Positions 50,068 through 61,240 of a DNA stretch of 64,000 nt are shown piece by piece (position 1 is the stretch's first letter; every line of letters starts with the position of its first letter). The notes under the pieces were generated by a model, which did no database searches, was not told where the DNA came from, and worked only from the letters and a program-made list of their open reading frames with translations. The DNA is taken from contig CAVUSO010000001.1 in NCBI GenBank assembly GCA_963744145.1, positions 7,232,001-7,296,000 on the forward strand, written 5' to 3'. Made by a program: the position numbers and the translations under genes. The DNA is from an uncultured cyanobacterium. Its GTDB lineage: Bacteria; Cyanobacteriota; Cyanobacteriia; Cyanobacteriales; CAWUOF01.

Positions 50068-52248
50068 ATGGAAGCTCAAGAGTTACTAAAGCTTTACGCA
50101 GAAGGCAGGAGGGATTTTCGCAGTCAAGACCTTCGAGGTTTATCTTTTAAAGGTCAAAACTTATCTGGGACGGATTTCTCTGAATGTGATATTAGAGGAA
50201 CTAACTTTTCTAAAGCTGATCTTACGGGGGCTAAATTTGTAGAAGCTAAAGCTGGATTGCAGAAACAATGGGTAATTGGTTTGTTAATTATTTGTTTTCC
50301 GTTGTCTGCACTTTCAGGGTTTATTACAGCAATTTTTAGTGCTCTTATGTCAGAAATATTTAGCCTTGATAGTAGTAAGTTTATTATGGGCTGTGTAAGT
50401 ATATTGTTGTTTTGTCTTTTTAATTTTTTCTTTATTTACCGAGAAGTTAACGCCGTCGCTGTCGCCTTCGCCTTCGCCTTCGTCGCCTTCGCTTTCGCCT
50501 TCGACTTCACCGTCACCGGAGCCGTCGCCGTCGCCGAAGCCTTCATCGTCGCCGGAGCCGTCGCCGGACCTGTCGCCGGAGCCGTCGCCGTCGCTGGAGC
50601 ATTCGCCATCGACGGAGCCGTCGCTTTCGCCGTCGCCGGAGCCGGAGCATTCATCGGAGCCGTCGCCGGAGCCATCACCGTCGCCAGAGCATTCGCCGGA
50701 GCCGGAGCCCTTATATTTCTACTACTAATATTCTTATACACTACTTATATCGGTGGGTGTGCTATTAAAGGAGATTCTAAATATATCTTGATTCGAGAAA
50801 TTGCAGTTGTTTTTGCTGCTATAGGTGGTACTACCTTTAACAATGCAATTCTAACTAATACAGACTTTACAAAAGCTATACTTAAAAATACAGATTTCCG
50901 AAAAGCTAGGCTAAGTCTTACTTGTTTTAAAGAAACTAAAAAACTAGACCTAGCTCGTTCCGGCAATACATATTTGAAAAACAGAGAAATTCAAGAACTA
51001 GTCCAAACAGGACAGGTAAAAAATAAGAACTTCGATTACCAAGATTTACAAGGCATCTATTTAAAAGGAGCTAATTTATCTGATGCTAGTTTTATTGGAG
51101 CAAATCTGAATTATACTAATTTTCAAAATACCGATTTGACAAGTGCTGATTTGACAAGTGCTGATTTGACAAATGCTGATTTGACAAATGCTAATTTGAC
51201 AAATGCTATTCTTACTAGAGCGAGCTTAAATGGCGCTAACCTATATAATGCTAATTTATCTAACGCCAAGCTTGTCCAAGCTCAGTTAGACAAAACTGAC
51301 TTTACAGATGCTATTCTTACAGGAGCTTATATCGAAGATTGGAGTATAACAAGGAGTACCAAATTTGATGGTGTAAGATGCAAATATGTATATATGAGAC
51401 TACCTACTAAAGACAATGACCAGCCAATTCGTAAACCTGATAACGAACATGAGGTATTTGCAGATGGGGAATTTGGAGATTTCATTAAACCAATATTTGA
51501 TACACTGGATCTTTACCATACTCAAAATATCGATCCTCGTGCGATCGCCATTGCTTTGAAAAACTTGGCTAAAAACAACCCTGATGCTCAGATGGAAATC
51601 AAAGCAATGGAAAAAAGAGGGAATAATTTTCTAATTCGACTTGCTATATCACTGAACGCAAATCGTTCTAAATTAAGTGCAGAATATTTTAAAGACTACA
51701 ATAAAATTAAATTATTAAACGAACAACAGCAAGCTCGTTTGTCAGAAAAAGATGATAGAATCAAAAGTTTAGAAAATATGATAGTCTCAATGATGGTCTC
51801 ATCGCTGAATAAACCTACATTGTACGCAGAAAATTATCACAACCACGGGAATACTATGTCAAAAGATAACACGGAAATTAACATTGGTTCTATTGGCGGT
51901 AATGCTATAGGGATAGGTAATATTAGTGGGACAGTAACCGCTACTATTGGGCAACTTGCCAAGTCTGAAGCTCCAGAAGCTCCTAAACTTGTAGAATTAC
52001 TAAAGCAATTACAATTAGCGATCGAATCTGACACTCATTTATCAGAAAAGGACAAGGCCAAAGCATTAAAACAGGTGCAAGCCCTAGCTGAAGCAGGTCA
52101 AAATCCCAAGGATGAAGATAAAAAAGACTTGGCCGATACAGCAATCACCATGCTCAAAGGCATAGTAACTGGACTACCAGGGATTGCTGCTGCTGCTACA
52201 GCTTGTAAAGAATTACTCCCATTAATTACATCGGTGTTTGGGTTATAG
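50068..52248 (+). CDS. Pentapeptide-repeat membrane protein with Ala/Val low-complexity region and coiled-coil tail
   Basis: Pentapeptide blocks, TM segments, GCC/GTC-rich tract at 50450-50710, GAYIEDW...RKPD...FADGEF. Confidence 0.88.
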   Translation: MEAQELLKLYAEGRRDFRSQDLRGLSFKGQNLSGTDFSECDIRGTNFSKADLTGAKFVEAKAGLQKQWVIGLLIICFPLSALSGFITAIFSALMSEIFSLDSSKFIMGCVSILLFCLFNFFFIYREVNAVAVAFAFAFVAFAFAFDFTVTGAVAVAEAFIVAGAVAGPVAGAVAVAGAFAIDGAVAFAVAGAGAFIGAVAGAITVARAFAGAGALIFLLLIFLYTTYIGGCAIKGDSKYILIREIAVVFAAIGGTTFNNAILTNTDFTKAILKNTDFRKARLSLTCFKETKKLDLARSGNTYLKNREIQELVQTGQVKNKNFDYQDLQGIYLKGANLSDASFIGANLNYTNFQNTDLTSADLTSADLTNADLTNANLTNAILTRASLNGANLYNANLSNAKLVQAQLDKTDFTDAILTGAYIEDWSITRSTKFDGVRCKYVYMRLPTKDNDQPIRKPDNEHEVFADGEFGDFIKPIFDTLDLYHTQNIDPRAIAIALKNLAKNNPDAQMEIKAMEKRGNNFLIRLAISLNANRSKLSAEYFKDYNKIKLLNEQQQARLSEKDDRIKSLENMIVSMMVSSLNKPTLYAENYHNHGNTMSKDNTEINIGSIGGNAIGIGNISGTVTATIGQLAKSEAPEAPKLVELLKQLQLAIESDTHLSEKDKAKALKQVQALAEAGQNPKDEDKKDLADTAITMLKGIVTGLPGIAAAATACKELLPLITSVFGL

Positions 52249-52419
52249 GCAAGATTTAACTGCACCAGTTTAGCTCAAAACTTGGCTGGGACTGGCAATG
52301 CGATCGCACCTTCACTAACCAATCAAAAAGAGACACCAATAATCTATGTCCCTCAAAATTGGTTGATGCGATCGCCATTTCTCCAACCAACTTCCAAGCA
52401 GCACTAAGCACAGACCAAC

Positions 52420-55235
52420 TCACCAAGATTGCTGACAGGTTCTATGCCAAAAGTTTTGGATATTTTCTTGATAATTTGCTACTAATTCTATCTGACCATT
52501 TTGATTAAATTTCCAACTATTTGCTTCCACAATAGGAGCAGATTTTTTTGTCAATATCTCCGGAGCATTTTTATTAATATTACCAGATTGTATATGTATT
52601 TTTTCGTTCGTTCCTAAATCAGACAGAACTGAGCGATGAAATAATAAATCGTAGGGTGCTGAAGGTTCCCCACCTCTACCTGTGAGAATAAAATTATTAT
52701 CTTTCACTCGGGCACAAGTATTATTAATTTGATTACTCAAATCAGCAAAATTTACTGGTAAATGATCTAACCCAGTAGCCGGATTAATATCAGGTGTATT
52801 AATTGTGACGATACCGCTAAATTTTGCGCCTAAACTGGAAGTGGCTGTAATATCACTAAGGGGTGTTAAATATGGTCGATATTCTGTGCCAAAAATCCCT
52901 TGACTATAGATACTGATACTCCCACCAAAACCGATTTGAGCATTTGCCGTAATATCACTATTTTCTAAAGCGACTAAATTATCAGTTTGGATGGTAATAT
53001 TACCCCCATTAGCAGCACCGGCATCCGTGTTAATTCGACTATTATGACGCAGTTGTAAATTCTGGATTTGGAGATTAATACTACCGCCTAATCCAGACGC
53101 TGTATCCGCATTAATGCTGCTTTGATTATCCAGGGAAATTAAATTACCAACAACATTAATATTACCAGCTTTTCCTGTTCCTAATGTTTGCACATTCAGA
53201 CTTGTCCCATCCTGGAGTAACAATTGATTAACAGTTAAATTCAAGAAACCTGCATTTCCTGTAGCGTTGAGATTAATTTGGTTATCCAAAATCCCATTAC
53301 TAGCTGAAATTTGACTGTTAAATTGATGCGGATCTGTCGTAGCTATAAGTTTGAGCTGTTGTGCATTGATAAAAATATTTCCTGCATCTCCTACGCCTAA
53401 AGATGAAGTAGAAATCCCTCCTCCATTTTGCAGAGTTAGTACAGGTGTGAAAATCCGGATATCACCTCCTGAACTTTGGCTATTTGTTTCCGCATTAATA
53501 CTACTATATCGGCGAGTACCATCTACTAAAAATCCGGAATTGCCTATGATATCTATAGACTTAGTCGCATTGATGATTATATTCCCCCCGGGTCCAGCTT
53601 TTTGACCGACTATTTGTTGATCTAAAACGTAACCACTTCCAGACTCAATCGTACCACCATCAGAGATAGTTAATTGCTTAGTATTGATATTAATATCATC
53701 AGCTTTTCCCCCTACCCCCAGGCTAGTATTAGCAATAAAAGTTTGCACAAAACTTCCATCAGTAAAACCTCGAATTTCTACGGATTCGGAAGCTTGGATA
53801 TTAATCTTACCTGAGGTCGTATTACTAAAGGTAGTGCTAGCGACAAATGCGTTATCTTGTAGGATTAATTTTTCTACTTCAAACGTAATATTTCCCGCTG
53901 TAGTTGCGGTACTAAGCTGATCAGTACCACTCTGAATGAAAGAACCATCCAGAGTAGCAATTTTAGCCTGAATAGTGATATTTCCAGAATTCCCTGCTCC
54001 GCCAGTCGAGCTAGATATACCACCGCCATTTTTTACAAGTAAATTCCCAGTATCAATCTTAATTTCTCCTGCATGTCCACTGCCAGTAGTCCCACTAAAT
54101 ACAACAAATGTTGAGTCAAAAGGATTAGCAATTCCTTCTAATAGATAAGTAGCCAGGGTTTGTTGATATTTATTAGCTCCAATTCCACTCAATTCTACTG
54201 CGTTATTAGTGCTGATATTGATATCACCTCCCTGTCCTACTCCCAGGGTTAAACTATATATTTGTGCTCCTGCTTCTGTCTGAAAATTGTTACCGTTAAT
54301 ATCGATACCTCTACCATCGGCATTTCCTAGAGTTAACGCATATATTTTACTCCCATTTAGGAGAATATTGCCCCCTTTATATCTACTTTTCCTCCTCCGA
54401 TTCCGCTAGTATTGATAGTGGAATTATTAGCTGTTATATTCCCAAAATTGAGAATGTTGCTATAATCAAAACTTAGGCCGACTGGAGTGGTTTGCAAGTT
54501 GACTAATCCGGCATTAGCCACACTACCTAGATGTATTTCTCCTGATGATACAGTCAAATTACCATTGTTTAAAATAATATCCCCACCGATGAGGGCTAAA
54601 GTTTGACCAGGCATCACTTCTAACCCGACATTTTTGGGTAAGGGAATACTCGGATCTACAGATGGTAGTGGTAATAAACTGGTGACTTGAGATTGATTCG
54701 TAATACTTTGAGGATTGGTGCCAAATTGTAATCCTACGGGTACATTAATTGCTAATAGGGATGGTGGATTAGGATTAACTGCACTAAATTCGCTCCCATC
54801 GGCAAATTTGATACTATTCGCAGTAGTTCCAATCAAGGAACCGCCAATTCCTAACTGGGCGTTTGGTCCGAAGATAATCCCCTTCGGATTAATCAGAAAT
54901 AAATTAGCATTACCGTTGGCTTTAATTAATCCATCTATATTAGAAATATTATTACCAGTAACGCGACTGATGATATTTTGAATATCGACTGGATTATCAA
55001 AAACAGCCACATTGCCCGTCGGGAGCGAAAAGTTTTGGAAACTGTGAAATAAATTAGCCCCGACTCTGGTCCCAGCGGAAATATAATTAATATTATTATT
55101 CACATTGACAATCGTATTGTTCGGTAGAGTACGATCAGGAATGATTTGTCCCCATCCTAGAGGGGTAATAATGAGATTGCTACTAAAAACAATCACACCA
55201 ATATTGGCTAAATTTTTCGCTTTAAAAAGATTCAT
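52420..55235 (-). pseudogene. Filamentous haemagglutinin N-terminal-domain protein, one-base deletion near 54375 (possibly a sequencing error)
   Basis: NLFHSF, NIISRVTG, NLFLINPKGIIFG. Adding one base in the AAA/GGGGG run gives KVDIKGGNILLNGSKIY, continuous with ORF 52420-54192 (SDITA, FILTGRGG). Confidence 0.87.
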
Positions 55236-55471
55236 AAATTACCCCGCTTTAAACCCATCCGTGAATGGGATCTTTTTTCTCTTTTCTGACAGCGACCAAC
55301 CAGTTTGTTTATATTCAACTGATCTGCCGAGAAATCCCATTCCAAGCCCGATCCGCAGCAGATTGTCTTGCTTGGGATTTTTTGTTCAATCTATTCATAA
55401 AATTATGCTGCAACAAAAACAGCGATCGCCAAACTAAAATGGCAATTCAATTAGCTGAACTAATTAAAACA

Positions 55472-55684
55472 TTAACCAGTCTGTTGATGTGATTCTGTCC
55501 AACAGGGTGCGCTCCATACTGCATTCCAAATAGCTACTGGTAAATTTTCCAATACCTCTAATTCTGCCACCAATTCATTAGCCCTTGATATACTTGCGAT
55601 CGCCAATTCTGAAACCTTCTCCCACGCTGCACTAATCACCGTCGCACTCACAGGAGGAATATTTTCTGTGGGACTGACTAGCAA
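55472..55684 (-). pseudogene. Orphan gene 3' fragment, copy D
   Basis: LVSPTENIPPVSATVISAAW...IWNAVWSAPCWT, homologous to 49697-49936. Confidence 0.6.
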
Positions 55685-55764
55685 TTGGGAGCCTTAAAAA
55701 GTAAATTTGAACAGGAAAAATTTGCTTATCACTACATTTTTGGCACTACCAAACTAGGATTCTC

Positions 55765-56361
55765 TTAAGAACTATAACGTTCTTGAGTCCAAGGATCACC
55801 TCGACGATGATAACCATTCCTTTCCCAAAAACCTAATTCTTCTTCTGCTCCCAGAAACTCTAACCCATTAATCCATTTCGCACTTTTCCAAGCATAGAGA
55901 TGAGGGACCACTAACCGCATTGGACCACCGTGATCAACTGGGAGGGATTGACCAAATAAAGTATGAGCAAAGAAATTTTCTGCTCGAAGAAAATCTGCTA
56001 AGGAAATATTAGTAGTATAACCACCATAACAGTGTTCCATGAGATAGACTGTTTGGGGATCATAGTCAATATACTGAATAAAATCAGTAACTTTCACACC
56101 AGTCCACTCCACATCCAGCTTAGACCAATGGGTAACACAGTGAAAATCAATGGTAAAATTGCTTTGGGGCATATTCATGAAATCATTCCAGTTCAAAGTA
56201 AGTGGTTTCACCAATCCCCAGACTTTAAATTCCCATTGGTCAAGATTAATTTGGGGTGTATCTCCGTAAGTCATCACTGGAAACCCTTTAGTCAGGTGCT
56301 GACCCGGAGGGACGCGATCGCTTAGTTCTGGTCCTGGTTTTTGAAAAAATTTTCCAATCAT
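55765..56361 (-). CDS. Sulfite oxidase-like molybdopterin oxidoreductase
   Basis: RVPPGQ, DFHCVTHWS, HGGPMRLVVPHLYAWKSAKW, GFWERNGYH. Confidence 0.9.
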   Translation of the reverse strand: MIGKFFQKPGPELSDRVPPGQHLTKGFPVMTYGDTPQINLDQWEFKVWGLVKPLTLNWNDFMNMPQSNFTIDFHCVTHWSKLDVEWTGVKVTDFIQYIDYDPQTVYLMEHCYGGYTTNISLADFLRAENFFAHTLFGQSLPVDHGGPMRLVVPHLYAWKSAKWINGLEFLGAEEELGFWERNGYHRRGDPWTQERYSS

Positions 56362-56472
56362 ATCAATTAAATAGGAATAACTTACATTTCATTATAAAAT
56401 GAGATGCTGATAATCATTAAAGTCAAAAAATCACCCCAGTCATAATCGATAGGAGGTAGTTTAGCAAAGGAA

Positions 56473-57405
56473 ATGATGAAATTTAGTGTAGTTAAACAGC
56501 AACGGACTTGGTGGACAATTTCCTCAACAATCATTATTTGTGGTTTGATCGGGATTTTCATTTCCCTGATCAAATTTCATGCTCCGGTACGTCCCAGTCT
56601 TGACTTTATTGGTGGCACCAGATTACAATTTGAATTAGATTGTACTAAACCGAACAATTGCGATCGCCCGATTGATCTTGCTAATGTGCGTAGTGTTTTA
56701 GATCAGCAAGGGTTAGGTAATAGTAGTATTCAAATTATTGGTGCAGAGCAACATACTGTTTCGATTCGGACTGAACCTTTAGATGTGGAAAGACGAACAA
56801 AACTCCAAACTGCTCTAGCAGAAAAAATTGGTAGTTTTTCAGCTAAACAAACTCAAATCGATACCGTCGGTCCGATCATTGGTAAACAACTGTTAACCTC
56901 TGGATTAATTGCTTTAGTAGTTGCTTTTAGCGGAATAGCTGTTTATCTCACCTTTCGGTTTCAATCCGACTATGCCATGTTTGCCATAGTGGCGTTATTT
57001 CATGATATTGTGATTACCGTGGGATTATTTTCAATTTTAGGATTAGTAACCGGAATTGAAGCAGATAGCTTATTTATTGTCGCACTTTTGACGATCGCGG
57101 GTTTTTCAGTCCAAGATACAGTCGTGATCTATGATCGAGTCCGAGAAAACCTCCACCTCCATCCAGAATTATCAATCAACGAATTAGTAGATGAATCAGT
57201 CCGTCAATCGATTACGCGATCGCTCAACACAGTTTTCTCTGTATTATTAACCCTATTCTCAATTTTCCTCTTTGGAGGAGAAACACTGAGAAACTTTGCT
57301 TTAACCTTAATCATCGGCTTTACGATGGGAGCTTATTCCAGTATATTTATTGCTAGTGCTCTTTTGGCTTGGTGGCGATCGGAGCAAATCAAAAGAAAGC
57401 AATAA
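56473..57405 (+). CDS. secF: Protein translocase subunit SecF
   Basis: LDFIGG, VGPIIG, ALFHD, GFSVQDTVVIYDRVRE, GAYSSIFIA. Confidence 0.95.
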   Translation: MMKFSVVKQQRTWWTISSTIIICGLIGIFISLIKFHAPVRPSLDFIGGTRLQFELDCTKPNNCDRPIDLANVRSVLDQQGLGNSSIQIIGAEQHTVSIRTEPLDVERRTKLQTALAEKIGSFSAKQTQIDTVGPIIGKQLLTSGLIALVVAFSGIAVYLTFRFQSDYAMFAIVALFHDIVITVGLFSILGLVTGIEADSLFIVALLTIAGFSVQDTVVIYDRVRENLHLHPELSINELVDESVRQSITRSLNTVFSVLLTLFSIFLFGGETLRNFALTLIIGFTMGAYSSIFIASALLAWWRSEQIKRKQ

Positions 57406-57407
57406 AA

Positions 57408-58103
57408 CTAAGGTTTATCGGGAAAATCAGGAGCTTTCAAAGAAGGTAAACTTGTCGGTAAGGGTGAAGAGGAAGATTCTGGTGACTTGGAATTAAGTAG
57501 AGTAGTTGACACTAAAACATAACCAAGGTAAGCAGGTAAGAGCGTAAAAATAAGTGCTACCAAAGTTCCTAACCAAGTAATTAAATTTGAGGAAGAACCA
57601 TAGTGACAGCGATAGGGATCAAAAGATAATAATTCCGGTTTAATCACTTCCCGTAAAGCGATCGGTCGTTTAAAACGAACACGATGATCATCTAACTTTT
57701 CTAATAAAATCCAACCAGCTTGCGCTTCTTCATCACATAAACGTTTAAAAATAATCGGATTACGGAACAAATCACCATTTGCCCGAACAATTTTAAATTC
57801 CCAACCAGCTAAACGAGGATCTTTTAAATTGGGCAGATTATGACCATTGGTGAGAGCCTGGGGTGGTACTAATTTGCGAGATTGTTCCAAAGGTAGATCA
57901 TCCTTAGATTGATAACGGGTCAAAATTTCTTCCTCCTCCTCTTACTAGATATCATCTTTAGATTGATAACGGGTCAAAACTTCTTCTTCTTCCTCCTGCT
58001 GTTGTTCGAGCTGAAGTTGATATCTGTGCATAAAGCTACTGACAATCACAACAGCTAAACCCAAACTACCAACTAAAAAACTCCAAATCAATATTGCCCC
58101 CAT
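57408..58103 (-). pseudogene. Membrane protein split by two in-frame stops at a 54-bp duplication (downstream ORF 57408-57923 may still be expressed)
   Basis: One frame from ATG 58103 reads ...QQEEEEEVLTRYQSKDDI**EEEEEILTRYQSKDDL...GWEFKIVR. Confidence 0.65.
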
Positions 58104-58209
58104 AGTGATTTTCCATCAATAATGCTTTTAATTTAACCAAACTAATGTCATTTAGGAACAGATCAGAAAAATCCCCCAATTTGACAACCAAATTACCGCC
58201 GAAAGTATC

Positions 58210-59379
58210 CTAATGCAATTGCTTCGGTAAATAACCTTCTACCAAACAATCCGGTCCAACAGGTTTCCAAACCACCCTTTCTAAGGATAAAGCTTCGGTC
58301 ATCACAGCAAAGCCTAAATCCCCAACTGGTGAAGGAGCATTTCTCCCACCCACAATTTTAGGAGCAATAAAAGCCAGAATTTTTTGGACTGCACCTTGGG
58401 CGATCGCACTTGCGGCTAATGTCCCACCACATTCCCAGAGAACAGACAATAACTGTCTTTTATAGAGATATTCCATCACCTTAGCGGGTGTTAAAGGCGT
58501 TAACTCCACCACGGACACACCCTTCTTCAATAACAACCGCTGAAAATCCGGAGAAGAACCGGACTCGGTAATGACCAAAGTATTTGCTACAGAAGTTTCC
58601 CATAAATGGGCATCAACTGGTAAATTTAGACTCCGACTCATGACTACTCGTAAAGGATTACGAGCATTTTCACCATGGGTAGTTAGTTGGGGATTATCCA
58701 AACACACCGTATTAGTGCCAACAATAACCGCATCACAAGCAGAACGCAAGAGATGAACTTCATGACGAGCTTGTGGACTTGACACCCAAGCACTATGTCC
58801 CTGACTAGTAGCAATTTTCCCATCAAGAGTCATCGCATACTTCAAAATTCCTAACGGACGATGGTAAAGAATGCGATGGACAAAAGCTTCATTTAACCTT
58901 TGACAAGCATCTTCTTCTATCCCTACCACTACTTCAATTCCCTTTTCCCGTAACTGAGTAATTCCACCACCAGTGACCAAGGGATTAGGATCAACCATCC
59001 CGACTACCACTTTAGCAACTCCTGCCGCAATTAAAGCTTCTGTACAAGGAGGTGTTCTCCCATAGTGATTACAAGGTTCGAGGTTGACATAAATCGTCGC
59101 TCCCTTAGCTAAATCACCAGCTTCTCGTAAAGCAAAAACTTCTGCATGGGGATGTCCAGCTCCGGGATGAAAACCTTCCCCAACAATTTTGCCATCCTTA
59201 ACGATCGCAGCACCAACTAAAGGATTAGGAGCAGTCCTTCCTAGAGCATGACGAGCTAATTCTAGACATCGGTGTATCATTGCTCGATCGAATGCTGCTG
59301 GGTCAGAAAAGTGTAAGCGGATCAGCTCGGTTTGGCTCCCCTCTGTATCGCGTTGAGCGTCCATTGGAAAACTTTCCAT
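58210..59379 (-). CDS. ribD: Bifunctional riboflavin deaminase/reductase
   Basis: PNPLVGA, HAE, LEPCNHYGRTPPC, AMTLDGK, WECGG. Confidence 0.96.
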   Translation of the reverse strand: MESFPMDAQRDTEGSQTELIRLHFSDPAAFDRAMIHRCLELARHALGRTAPNPLVGAAIVKDGKIVGEGFHPGAGHPHAEVFALREAGDLAKGATIYVNLEPCNHYGRTPPCTEALIAAGVAKVVVGMVDPNPLVTGGGITQLREKGIEVVVGIEEDACQRLNEAFVHRILYHRPLGILKYAMTLDGKIATSQGHSAWVSSPQARHEVHLLRSACDAVIVGTNTVCLDNPQLTTHGENARNPLRVVMSRSLNLPVDAHLWETSVANTLVITESGSSPDFQRLLLKKGVSVVELTPLTPAKVMEYLYKRQLLSVLWECGGTLAASAIAQGAVQKILAFIAPKIVGGRNAPSPVGDLGFAVMTEALSLERVVWKPVGPDCLVEGYLPKQLH

Positions 59380-59470
59380 GAATTAGAAACTATTTTCCCT
59401 GAGTTTAAGTTAAAACTGTCTAAATTTTGTGTACCGAGGTGGTTAAATTGAGTCAAAAGTCCCATTAAAG

Positions 59471-59496
59471 AGGGCGCAGAGCTCTTGCACCCCTAC
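59471..59496 (-). repeat. Divergent GTAG-type REP-like palindrome
   Basis: Reverse complement is GTAGGGGTGCAAGAGCTCTGCGCCCT. Confidence 0.5.
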
Positions 59497-59625
59497 TGTT
59501 TACGTCTCAAAAAAAAAGCCATTTCATAATCCTTAGTTATCGTAAATTAATGATGGATGGATTGGGATGCGTGCTGTTGGCGATCGCACTTAGGGCACTT
59601 AGGGCGTAATTTACCGGATTTATGG

Positions 59626-60981
59626 CTATTTTATTTTCCCATTAGCGCCTTCATTTTCAATCGCTGAATAAGCATCTTTTGGCAAAAGTCCTAACCAGGG
59701 ATCGGTGCTAGGTGTTAAAAATAGGTCACTATAAACCTGGTTATTGAGATGATCAACATTATTCCAGGGATTATCAATCAACCAGGCGTAAATTTTCGGC
59801 TGTAATAGGTATTCATTCCGAACTGAATCCAAAGCGATCGAAGATTGAAATTTATTCAAAATGGGTACTAAAGGATCATCGGAGGAGCCTGGTATAATAC
59901 CTTGATTAGAAATATTCCAAGCTTGGGAATTTTTACTTCTCATTAAATCTTGACTATTCTGATCTAGTAGTGCTTCGGGAAGATGAAGTTCGGCGATTTT
60001 TGTCCAAGCTGAATCATCGGTTACACTTGACATGACTTTTTGATTAATCCCGATCGCAGAAATAATAGGTAGTTCTACAAAACCTTTCGATATAGCTCTT
60101 CGACCTGCTTCTTGAGCGGTAGGTATTTGGGTAGGAACATTAACTAATCCGGTTGGTGCTGGAATATCTAATTTAGCTAGATCTGCTTTCCATTTGGTTT
60201 GAATCTCGGTTAATCGATCGCGCTGATATTGACGAATAATATTTATTTTTGCAGCGGAATTATTAACTTCTGATACTTGAATTTGGTTGACTTGCTTGAC
60301 AATTTTTTCCGCTTGCTCTAATTGGTGCAAAAATATTTTTGGACCGTATAATCCTGGCAGCGCATCGATCACATTTCCATCTGCATCAAGTACATAATGG
60401 ATACTATTACCTGTAATAGTCCGTTCTAGTTTGCGCCCATCGCCAAAATCAATCGTAATTTTCGGTGCGGGACGGACGGTTTCCCAATGTAAAATAAAGC
60501 GATCGCGTAACAGCTTAGAAATTTCAGCATTGGGATACAAAGCTACCCGAAAAAAGCGACTGTTTGCACAGCTTAATTCTTGATCAAGTTTACCTAACAA
60601 ACGCAAGGATAAAATTGGTTTACCTGTAGCTTTTGCTGCTGCTTTTGCTTGAGCTAAATCTGTATACCAATATAGTTGAGAGGAATAACAATCACGTTGT
60701 TGACAAATAGTATCTAATGCAGTAGTAAATCTTTGCCAAGTAGGACTGTTACCTGCTTGCTTGTTTTGTAACTGCGCTCCATAAGCATTAATTAAAGCTG
60801 GAATGCTATGAGGTCCTTGTTGTCGTAAAGCAGCGATCGCCCCATTAGACTCAGATAAATTATCAGATAAAGCCTGGTGAGCGAGAATATCTAAGGATGT
60901 AAGCGCGAAAACTGGACTGAATAACCCAAACCCAACGCTAATGACCATCGTTACTGATCGGAAATTGCTTAATCTCATCAA
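59626..60981 (-). CDS. Exported hypothetical protein with a thioredoxin-like segment
   Basis: Signal peptide; WYTDLAQAKAAAKATGKPIL...LSCANSR...FILHW. Confidence 0.7.
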   Translation of the reverse strand: MMRLSNFRSVTMVISVGFGLFSPVFALTSLDILAHQALSDNLSESNGAIAALRQQGPHSIPALINAYGAQLQNKQAGNSPTWQRFTTALDTICQQRDCYSSQLYWYTDLAQAKAAAKATGKPILSLRLLGKLDQELSCANSRFFRVALYPNAEISKLLRDRFILHWETVRPAPKITIDFGDGRKLERTITGNSIHYVLDADGNVIDALPGLYGPKIFLHQLEQAEKIVKQVNQIQVSEVNNSAAKINIIRQYQRDRLTEIQTKWKADLAKLDIPAPTGLVNVPTQIPTAQEAGRRAISKGFVELPIISAIGINQKVMSSVTDDSAWTKIAELHLPEALLDQNSQDLMRSKNSQAWNISNQGIIPGSSDDPLVPILNKFQSSIALDSVRNEYLLQPKIYAWLIDNPWNNVDHLNNQVYSDLFLTPSTDPWLGLLPKDAYSAIENEGANGKIK

Positions 60982-61031
60982 AAACCTCGCGTTGAACCGA
61001 GCAAAACTGTAAAATTAATATCAATATAATG

Positions 61032-61203
61032 CCCACGCTAGCCGAAGAAACCAGAAACCGGGTTTCTACGACAATTTTGGCAGATTAACTAAGATTTGGT
61101 AAGAGTTCCGGTTTCTCAATCCCACGCGCTAGCCAATAAACCGGGTTTCTGCGACAATTTTGGCAGATTAACTGAGATTTGGTCAGAAATCCGGTTTTGA
61201 GAA
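61032..61203. repeat. Two tandem ~83-bp units with AAACCGGGTTT palindromes
   Basis: AAACCGGGTTTCTRCGACAATTTTGGCAGATTAACTRAGATTTGGT at 61055 and 61138. Confidence 0.85.
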
Positions 61204-61240
61204 AAATATCTGGTTGTGTAGAGCGGTGGAGTCCAGCAAC

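Noticed and set aside
50436..50741. Ala/Thr-rich minus-strand ORF
   Set aside because: Antisense shadow of the GCC-rich tract
61032..61203. Possible mini CRISPR array serving the cmr operon
   Set aside because: Only two units, and the whole unit is repeated; there are no unique spacers
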